Below are positions 10,204-19,933 of a DNA stretch of 64,000 nt, piece after piece. The notes beneath the pieces were generated by a model. That model saw only the letters and a program-made list of their open reading frames with translations. It made no database searches and was not told where the DNA came from. Within the stretch, counting starts at the first letter, position 1, and every line of letters begins with the position of its first letter. The DNA is taken from assembly GCA_016748015.1 (NCBI GenBank), contig JAAOMT010000699.1, forward strand, positions 124,001-188,000. The letters are read 5' to 3'. Source of the DNA: Geosiphon pyriformis uo1. Lineage: Eukaryota; Fungi; Glomeromycota. The position numbers and the translations under genes were made by a program.

Positions 10204-13200
10204 GCGAAAACTCAGTTAATTAGGAAAATTTTTTCAACAGTCAATGATTTTAGGGGGGCCACTACCCCCTCAAAATTTGAAGGAATCATCTGATCTACCT
10301 TCACTTCAGAAAAAAGCATGGAAATGGCTGCATCATTGGCCAGAAAAAAAGAGATCAACATAAACAGTAATTTCAAGAGACAAGAAGTTCATTCAGATTG
10401 GGCTGTGGTCATTAAAGAGATTTCCATAGATATGCCAAAGAAAATGATCGTCACTGTACTAGCCGAGTTTGGTAAAATTAAGTCAATCAAAATTTAACTT
10501 ATTGAATTATGGCAAAAAGCAGTGGTTGAATTTGCTAAACTGAATCAAACTGAACAATTAGCTGTTAAATAGTCTTTTTTGATTGAAAAAGATTCTGTGC
10601 AAGTGGCTATAACTATGGAAGATTATGAAACATGAGCATCAAAAGACCAATTCAGGGCTTTGTTGTTTATTTTGCCTGTGAGAACAATTGCTCATGATTT
10701 GGGCACTCTTTTGGAAAGAGTTGGTAAGAAGACTTGTATCATAAATTGTTCATTGAATTCTGGCAATAGGATTCACTGTGCTGTGGTTGGCTTTGTATCT
10801 GAGGATGCAATGAAATCTACTTATCACACTGAGCTGACATTTAATGGTGTTAAATTATCTTGGGCTAGATTGGACTTGGTTCATTGTGAAAAATATGGTT
10901 TTCTTGGCCATTTAGCTCTAGAGTGTAATGCACTATCTCCACTCATTACTAAACCTTCAAAAATTGTTAAAAGAGTTACTTCAGAAGACCATCGTCTTCA
11001 GTTAGCAAAATTGTACACTAAAAAAAGTGTTCCTATTTTTAGACCTGCTGCTTTTGGTGGCAAATTTTGGGCACAAGTGGTCTCACTTGCTTCTCCTTCT
11101 GGTGATTTTTATTTCACTTTTGGTGCTAGATCTGATTTTTCTCCTTCTGGTTTTTTAGGTATTAAGGAAAACAAGCCAGTTGTTTAGAATAAATCTTCAA
11201 TCAATGATTACCTAGCATCACTCAAACATTCTTTAGAGTTGCTAGCTAATCAAGTGTTAGGTATTGTGTATAAATTAAATGGTGTGGAGTTTGTGCCCTT
11301 GGTGTCTATTACTCAAGTTGCACTTCTGGCCACTTCTGTTCCTACTTTAGCATTACCGAATACCAATATAGTTCTGGATGTCCCATGGCCATTTTTTCCT
11401 CCTTCTTCTTTAGTATTAGAAGACAAGATGGCAGATTTAGGTCTGAACAGTTCAAAAGTTCTTACTTCCAAAGTTGGCAGTCTGGAATCTAAGATGATGG
11501 CTCTTGAGGTTTCTATTGGCTCAATTCTGGAGAAGTTAAATCTGTTGTGCATAAATTCAGATTCTCTGATGCATTCTTTGCATCAATGAATGAGCTCATT
11601 TGGAGAGTGGCTACATGCAATATTAGGGGCATAACAAATTTAGCTAAACAGAAAGACATTGTCTATTGGCATGAGAATTCAGGTAATATGATTTCAATTG
11701 TTACTGAAACTAAATTGAAATCTGATATTAGACCTTGAATTATGAATAAATTTGATAGACTTCAGGTTTTTACTTCTGGTTTGGATGTTGGGTTTCATGG
11801 TGCTGGGGTTGCCATAATTATAAACAATTCTTTGGCTCGACATGTTTTAAAAATGGATGAGGTTTCTGGTTGTTTAATTTCTGTACATCTTCTGTTCAAG
11901 AACAAGCTTTCAGTTACAATTTTGGATCTATACGCTAGTGCATTTATTAGCACATGGTTTAGTTAAGCTGCTGATATCAATTCTATAATTTTCAAGGCAG
12001 TTAATACCAGCTTTTTTGTAGTTTTGGGTGGCGATTTTAATGAGAATGGGTCTAGCAAAAGTGTGAGTTTCAAGTTCTATTTGGGTTTGGGCCTAGTTAA
12101 TACTTTTGATGGACACTTATTGGCCAAGATTTCCACCTGGAGCAATTTTAAAGGTGTTGAGAAAATGATTGATTTTATTTTAGTGAGTAGAAATTTGGCA
12201 TCTGCTATGACATTGCATTTTGTCGATAGTGTGTCTGAGTTTTTTGATACAGATCATAAGTCAGTCTCTATTTCAATTGGTTTAGGTGGGCTGTTGGATA
12301 CACATTTTATTAGCATTTGCAGACAAGTCAACCAAGACCAGTAGAAATTCAAATTGAAAGATGCAGATAATGTTCAATGGTTAAGCTTTAAGGACTGCTC
12401 TTCTGCCAATTTTTTGGCTAAGTCAAACATATTTGAAGAGGCAAAGGTCAATGGTAACTTGAATACAATGTGAAAGTTATTGGAAGAGACCATAGTACAG
12501 ACTGCTGACATGGTTTTCTCTAGGATATGGTATAGTGAATACAACTGTTTGAGGAATAAACAATCCTCCAAATTCTTTAAATTAGAGCTGCTTGTTGCAA
12601 AGGTTGTGAGATGTTGGAACTCCAGTGACCTCTTGAATTTTGACTGCCTTATTAAGATTTGGTTGGCTGTTGATGCAGTTAAAGCTTTCAAGATTGATAG
12701 CATGGTTTTAAATAGTGTAAGCTTGATGGAGTTGATTAAACATTTGTTGGTGGTGAAGAAAGGGTATTATAAGTCCAAGTATTATAAGTCTAAGATTGCT
12801 AAAGATACTGCTATAAAGAAGGCAATTGATTGTCATATGGAAAACTTCTATTCTGACAAAAAAAAAATGATAAAAAGTATTCTGGAATGTCTATTTTGCA
12901 AGGTGGTTTTAGATCACTTAGTAGTGGATAATGAGCTGGTAATTGAGCCTAATGAGATAATACTCAAGTTTAATAAAATTATAGAAAGGTGAACAAGGAA
13001 GCAATCAGTTCTTCCAAAAATTCCTAACCTTTGGGCTCATCAATATATGTCTCTGAATTATGTGGATAATGGTGCTTTTTCTGGGGTAATAGTTGATATT
13101 GGTATGGAGGAATTGTCCTTGGTTGTTGATAATCTGCTAAACAATAAAGCAGCTGGGTTATCTGGAATACCTAATAAACTTTGGAAGCATTGTGGTAAGG

Positions 13201-13504
13201 AGGTTTTGGTCTGTCTTTTAAAATTGTTGAATTTATGCTTGAGTATAAGTGCAGTTCCTAATCTGTGGAAGGAAGTGTGGGTTTCAATGATTCTGAAATC
13301 TTATGAGTGGAATGGTATTCTGACAAATACTAAACTTATTGCATTGGTCAAGATAGCATGTAAAATACTATCTAAGATCCTATCTGATTGGATATCTTTG
13401 GCTTATAGCAAGTTTAATGTTCTTCATGGTGACAATTTTTCAGTGTTGAAGGATACTTTGACTTAGTCTCCTATTTTTGCTATTGGCTCAGTTGTTGAGG
13501 ATGC

Positions 13505-14770
13505 TGTTACTGGAGGTTTTTAGTCTCTTTTCTGTAATGTTGTTGATACTTATTTGCTGTGAATTCACGTTTTCTGGATGTGGTTGAATCTCCAGTAACT
13601 GAATTTATCTTCAAATTATCTCCTATAATTTGAACTTGCTGGGCTTATGAGTGGAATGGCCAATTTCTTGCCAGTTACTTTATGTAGTTACGTTGTAGTA
13701 AACATTAACTCTTTCTCAGGAATTGCTTGTCTGGAAGCTCACTAAAATGTATAGTTACTTTGCTGTGAAAGTCAACTCTTCTACAGGAATCTCATCTGTA
13801 GGCTACCCTAATGATTATAATAAGAAAATAAAAGGAAAATAAAAGAAATGTAAAAGAAATAGAATTTTATCAAGAGAAATGTTTTCTATCCAGGCCTGGA
13901 GTCACTAACAGTTTACTGAAATTGGTAGCTAATCAATTTCGAAATGTTAGTTGGGTTTTGGGGATTTTCCAAGTACAATAATTTAGAAAATTTGGTTTTT
14001 CGAATTATTTAATATTTATTTCTTTTTGTGTGCATAGAAAATGGTTTGTAAAAGATAAATCTAAAGTAAGATACATTTTCTCAAAGAGAGAAGCTCTTCT
14101 TTTATACAACTTGTCATAACACTATTCTATGAACTCGAACTTTGCTATTTTCTACAATTTTGCTGAACTAAAGATACATTTTGGCAAACTATAAGTTATT
14201 TCGGTGAACTATTAGATATTTCGGTGAACTATCAATTATTTTGGCGAATTTCTACAAATTTCAGTGAACTTTTTGAATGTTACATAGTTCGGAGTATTGC
14301 ATAATTGATCATCGCAATTAGGTTACATTGGTGTTGTGTACAATTTGGGTTATTAATTAAATGATAATTTTGGACATTTTTGCTAATATAATAAGTGATN
14401 NNNNNNNNNNNNNNNNNNNGAACTTTGCTATTTTCTACAATTTTGCTGAACTAAAGATACATTTTGGCAAACTATAAGTTATTTCGGTGAACTATTAGAT
14501 ATTTCGGTGAACTATCAATTATTTTGGCGAATTTCTACAAATTTCAGTGAACTTTTTGAATGTTACATAGTTCGGAGTATTGCATAATTGATCATCGCAA
14601 TTAGGTTACATTGGTGTTGTGTACAATTTGGGTTATTAATTAAATGATAATTTTGGACATTTTTGCTAATATAATAAGTGATTATTTAAAATGATAATAT
14701 ATGCTAATTAATGATAGGAATTATAAGATAATTTCATGCTAAATAATATCTCTAATTTCGTCTGGTAACA
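13505..14770 (-). repeat. Element B 3' LTR (983 bp after removing a gap-flanking assembly duplication)
   Basis: TGTTAC...GTAACA; about 96% identical by eye to 18951-19933. Confidence 0.93.
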
Positions 14771-15458
14771 TAACCTTCTCCTCAAGACTGAGCTCTGTCG
14801 AAGTCCAAGTACTGTCTGTTTTTTCCAGATAATAATCCAAAATTATTGAAGAAATTTGGTCTGAAAATTGTTGAAATTTCAGTTCTGTGAGCTTTTCAAT
14901 GTATTGAATCTTCAAAGGTTGAAAAATCAGGTTTTGTAGTACGTTTTCACAGGTGTGGAATAGGTCATAAAGTCTAAGAGTGGCTCTAAGCCTGTAGTGA
15001 CTGTTTTTTGATCCAGCTGTTGTCTTAAATTCGTTGTGGAGTTGTTTCTGAACAGCTTCTTTTGTGAGGTTTGCTGTTGTAAGTTCCAGTTTCCATTCGT
15101 AGAGTGTTTTTCCAATGTGAAAATATCTATAAATTGGAGGATATTTAGTGTTTTCCTCATTGAGACACAGTTGAAGTTTTTGTTGGATTGTAGCATTTGG
15201 TGGAATACTAATCGGAGTGAGCATTAGGTTTTTTCTTAAAGCAAGCTTTAAAAGTTCTGGCAGATGAATTCCAGTATAACTTCTTGTGTTCTTTTTATAT
15301 AGGTGATATTTTCGTGAGTTTGGGGCTAAATTTGTAACTACTTCTGTTTGGGTATAATTAATGTGGTTTCCAGTAACAATAATAGATAATTTGGGTATTG
15401 TTTTTAAAGCTAACATTAGTTTTTGGGATAATTGTTAAATGTTTTGAGGAATAGTCAT
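14739..15458 (-). pseudogene. Element B extra 3' ORF (ORF3), ~240 aa, unknown function
   Basis: ATG at 15458, one early TAA, then 225 open codons (14739-15416) that run through the PPT into the LTR. A homologous frame is present at ~30010-30710. Confidence 0.75.
14771..14783 (-). promoter_or_regulatory. Polypurine tract of element B
   Basis: Minus strand GAGGAGAAGGTTA before the LTR's TGTTACC. Confidence 0.7.
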
Positions 15459-15559
15459 TATAAGCAATTGAAAAAAATAAAATTTATTTTTGTTTTTGTT
15501 TTTGTGAGATTGTTTCTAAATTATAAGAGAATGACTAGTAAAATTAAATTAAGTGTTCA

Positions 15560-17065
15560 GGTTGGAAGGTTGTTCAATGACAACTATTGGTTCTAAGTTT
15601 CGGGGAATATTTTCAAAACTGACCAAAGAGGAATGTGTACCAATTTGTAGAATTAATGGTTCAGGATTGTTTCTGGAATGATAGTGTTTCAAATGATCTC
15701 CATGTGCAACTTTTGCTAGGATTTTGTCATCAAGTCTTAGCTTGTATGATCTATTGCCTAGGTCTTCATGGATAAAAAATGGTCCATCCCATTTATTTTC
15801 AAATTTTCTATTTCATTGTTTTTCAGCTTTAGTTTTGTGTAAGAGAACTTTGTTTCCAATTTTGAATTTATTGATGACTGAAGGCAATTTGTCATCATGC
15901 TGTTCTTTTTGTTGAGCTTGGAAGTGTTCAATATGGGTGGCTGTTATTCGTCATTTTCCTTCCAATGTACTAAGCAGAGTGTAGGCTCTTCGCTGAAGCG
16001 TTTTTTAGAAATTGTTTTTATCAATCAGTTGTGCTGGGTATGTTTCCACTGTAAAACTAATTGGTAACGTTGCCGTCCTTCCATAAGTTAAATCAAATGG
16101 TGTGTGTTTTGTGGTATCTTGTTTTAATGTCCTATATGCTAGTAATACTGATGGAATAAAGAGATCCCATTCTTGCTCAAAATCGGTTGAGACTTTGGCT
16201 AATAACTCACACAATGTTCTGTTAAAATGTTCCACAAGTTCATTTGTTTGTGGATGGTAAGGCGAAGACAGAGGTCTTTTGACATTGAATCATTCACAAA
16301 TTTTTTGTATCAGGTTGTTCACAAAGTGTGTTCCCTGATCAGATAAAAGTTCAATTGGACATCTATGTCTACAAATGATGTCTTCATAGATGAAATTTGC
16401 TACTGATTTTGCATCTGCTCATTGAATAGCTCTGGCTTTAGGCCATTTAGTAAGATAGTCTACAGCTACTGTAATATAACGGTTTCTTTGAGTGGTGATA
16501 GATAATGGTCTGACTAAATTGATACCAACTCTGTTAAAAGGCTGTCCAACTTTGATTGGATTTAAAGGTTCTGTAGGGCGAGTTCCTCCTCTTTTTTGAC
16601 AACTATCACAAGATTCGACATATTCGTGAATGTCTTTTCTCATTCGAGGCCAAAAGTAGTATTCTAGTATTTGTTGGGTGGTGCTATCTTTTCCGAAGTG
16701 TGCTAATGAAAGATCCGAGTGCATGTTGTATAAAATGGTCTCTTTTTCCTGTTCTTGTATTAATCTGAGTGGTTTGGTTGGGTTTTTGAAATTTCGATAA
16801 TAGATAATGTTGTTGTGTAGAAAATATTGTTTGGCTTGTTGTTTTAACCAATGTTTTTCATCTGGAGACCAATCTGTTGGGATTGTTAATGTCTCCAAAT
16901 ATTGTTTGAGATTGTTGTAGTTTTCGGGGTTCATTGTTTGTTGTTTTGATGCTGTTAATTCAAATGGGTGTTGGTTTTGTTTCTAATCTTGCCTCATCCT
17001 TGAGAGACAATCAATGTTGGTATGGAGTTTTCTTGGTTTGTGGTGTACAATGTATTGGTAATTAG
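15560..17065 (-). pseudogene. Element B RNase H C-terminal stub plus integrase
   Basis: LANYQYIVHHKPRKLHTNIDCLSR (RNase H end). HHCC finger (MHSDLSLAHFG...CDSCQ). Core motifs GINLVRPL, AVDYLTKW, LSDQGTHF, EHFNRTL; GPF motif WDGPFFI. Several stops. Confidence 0.9.
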
Positions 17066-18904
17066 CTAAAAATCCTGTTCTTCCAGCATTATTAAATAAC
17101 TGGGTTGAGTGTAGTAATGGTTGGATCTTGGTTGAGTGGTATTTTGGAGAACCAATTGGTTGTTTAAACTGATTTTACTGTTGTTTACTTGGTATTGGTT
17201 TTGTGGTGTGAATTGATTTTGTGTAATCAGTCTTCGAGCAGGTACTTGATAATGTTGTGTAGGTGGTTGTTGGTATTGCTGTTGGATTGGTTGTGAGGTG
17301 GACTGATAATAGTTATTTTGGTATTGGGATCTTGGTGGATAGTAAGCTGGTAGTAATGGTTGATAATAAGATTGCTGTGGTGGAGAGTAATATTGATTAC
17401 CCCTATTTTGTTGGTCTCGTTGCAGCTTTCTACAATCTTTTTTCCAGTGGCCAGAGATTCCACAGTAATGGCAATTCTGGGGCTGGTTATTGGAAAGTGG
17501 TGCAAAGTTATTTTGATTTCGTCTTTGGGATGGTTGATATCTTTGGGGTTGTTGTTGTTGTTGATTGGTAAAATAGTTTTCAACCTTCTTTGTGAGTTGG
17601 TCAATTTTTTCCTCAGCTGCTGAGCTGGTTTTTCCAATTGCCAAATTTACAAGTTTTGTACGATTGGCTTCTTTTATGGCCATTTCGTATCTTTTTGCAT
17701 GCTGTATTGCAAAGTTTAAATCTTCTGGCGCATGTGGGCAAACCTTTTTAATTAGTTTATCTTTTAGACTAGCGATAAATTGATCCAAGATTTGAGCATT
17801 GGAATAATAATCATTTGTCTCAAGTTGGCAAATTCGTCTGAGAAGTTTGTTGAATTTCCCAATATAAGTCATAACGGATTTGGAGGGTTTTTGTTTGATA
17901 TTTCGAAAACAATTGCGAAGAGTGATAGAGGTATTATTGTCAGTGAACTGTTCAAGGAAAGCTGCTTTGAAAGCATTCCAATCATTAAATGGGGCAGCAA
18001 GGTTTTCAAACCATTCTCCTGCTGTTCTTTTGAGAAAGTAGGGAATTGTTCTTAACATTCTGGCAGCGTTCCATCCATTTGCATCTCCAGCTTTAGTAAC
18101 TTGGTCAAGCCATTCTTGGGGACTGGTCTCAATATCTTTTCCATTGAATTCAGGGATTTTTGCGATGTATGTTGTCATTTCATCTTCTTCATTTTCACTG
18201 TCTATTGATCCTTCTTCAGTTATTTCAGAGTTGTTTTCTTTGTTTGCTGCTGTCTCAGAGTGTTCACTTTGATTTTCAGCTAGAAAATCAAGAAGATTGG
18301 AACTAGTTTGAAGGGGTTCTTGTTGTTTGGTGGGACTTCTATGTGATGTAAAATCTTCTGGTCTTGCAAATCGATTCAAGGGTGAATTAGGTGTTTGTGC
18401 TTGTGCAAGTGAAGCTGGAAAAGGTGTGATAGTAAGTAGAAGTTTTGAACTGGTTCCTTGTTCAGGTGTTTGTAAATGTTTGGCAGTTGTTTTCAGTAGT
18501 GTTGGAGTATTTGGGGTGGTTCTTAAATATTGCTTTAATTTGTTTTTGTTGTTTGTTTCTGTTTCTGATTCAAAATTAATGGTGTATTGAGACTGCACTG
18601 GATATGTTTCTTTACAGTATTTGATAATATTAAAATTAAGTTCGTGAAAGTAAGTGGCAAGTATTTCACTATTAAGGTCTTCAGTTCCCAACTGTGAATA
18701 GTGTGCTAAATTATTGTAAAGGTTGCTTTTAACTTCTGAGATATTGTAATTTCCAAAAAGATAATTGTTGATGCGGTTTTCAATGTATTAGTATACTGAT
18801 TTCTTGACAACTTCAATTCCTTCTGGAATGTTGAATCTTTGCTTGCAGTGAGTGTAAATTGATTGGTAATACTCTAGAGTTGTTGCGTCTGGTGTGATTG
18901 CCAT
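17066..18904 (-). pseudogene. Element B gag
   Basis: ATG at 18904 (MAITPDATTLEYY), one stop, then a 541-codon ORF with capsid motifs (IPEFNG, AGEWFE, IKQKPSKSVMTYIGKF) and an intact CCHC knuckle CHYCGISGHWKKDC. Confidence 0.9.
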
Positions 18905-18930
18905 TTTGAATTTGTTTTTTGCTGTATTAT

Positions 18931-18948
18931 TTCCATGGGAGAGCACCA
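18931..18948 (-). promoter_or_regulatory. Primer-binding site of element B
   Basis: TT spacer then TGGTGCTCTCCCATGGAA. A related TGGTGCTCCC follows the LTR at 24488. Confidence 0.7.
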
Positions 18949-18950
18949 AA

Positions 18951-19933
18951 TGTTACCGGAGGTTTTTGGTCTCTTTTCTGTAATGTTGTTGATACTTATT
19001 TGCTGTGAATTCACGTTTTCTGGATGTGATTGAACCTCCAGTAACTGAATTTATCTTCAAATTATCTCCTATAATTTGAACTTGCTGGGCTTATGAATGG
19101 AATGGCCAATTTCTTGCCAGTTACTTTATGTAGTTATGTTGTAGTAAACATCAACTCTTTCCCAGGAATTGCTCATTTGGAAGCTCACTAAAATGTATAG
19201 TTACTTTGCTGTGAAAGTCAACTCTTCTACAGGAATCTCGTCTGTAGGCTACCCTAATGATTGTAATAAGAAAATAAAAGAAAAATAAAAGAAATGTAAA
19301 AGAAATAGAATTTTATCAAGGGAAACGTTTTCTATCCAGGCCTGGAGTCAATAACAGTTTACTGAAATTGGTAGCTAATCAATTTCGAAATGTTAGTTGG
19401 GTTTTGGGGATTTTCCAAGTACAATAATTTAGAAAATTTGGTTTTTCGAATTATTTGATATTTATTTCTTTTTGTGTGTATAGAAAATGGTTTGTAAAAG
19501 ATAAATCTAAAGTAAGATACATTTTCTCGAAGAGAGAAGCTCTTCTTTTATACAACTTGTCATAACACTATTCTATGAACTCGAACTTTGCTATTTTCTA
19601 CAATTTCGCTGAATTAAAAATACATTTCGGCAAACTATAAGTTATTTCGGTGAACTATTAGATATTTCAGTGAATTATCAATTATTTCGGCAAATTTCTA
19701 CAAATTTTGGCGAACTTTTTGAATGTTACATAGTTCGGGGTATTGCATGATTGATCATCACAATTAGGTTACATTGGTGTTGTGTACAATTTGAGTTATT
19801 AATTAAATGATAATTTTGGACATTTTTGCTAATATAATAAGTGATTATTTAAAATGATAATATATGCTAATTAATGATAGGAATTATAAGATAATTTTAT
19901 GCTAAATAATATCTCTAATTTCGTCTGATAACA
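18951..19933 (-). repeat. Element B 5' LTR (983 bp)
   Basis: TGTTAC...ATAACA; direct repeat of the left LTR. Confidence 0.95.

Larger units (their letters stand above)
3575..11589 (+). pseudogene. LINE ORF1 (nucleic-acid-binding protein), segments 3575-4076 and 10208-11589
   Basis: Basic N-terminus, degenerate zinc knuckle HCEKYGFLGHLALEC, C-terminal coiled-coil-like segment (KVGSLESKMMALEVSIGSILEKL). Several in-frame stops. Confidence 0.75.
13505..19933 (-). mobile_element. Element B: Ty3/gypsy-type LTR retrotransposon derivative (gag, RNase H stub, integrase, extra 3' ORF; PR/dUTPase/RT absent)
   Basis: Paired 983-bp LTRs, perfect 4-bp TSD ATGC (13501-13504 and 19934-19937), PBS and PPT. 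No N gap in the internal region. Confidence 0.95.

Noticed and set aside
14136-14683. Apparent ~264-bp tandem duplication in the left LTR of element B
   Set aside because: The identical copies flank a short N gap and the right LTR has only one copy. Removing it gives exactly 983 bp, so it is a contig-overlap artefact.
16930-16990. Integrase as a separately initiated gene (stop after RNase H, then MNPENY)
   Set aside because: The RNase H stub and integrase are in the same frame, and the TAG is most simply a CAG>TAG mutation.
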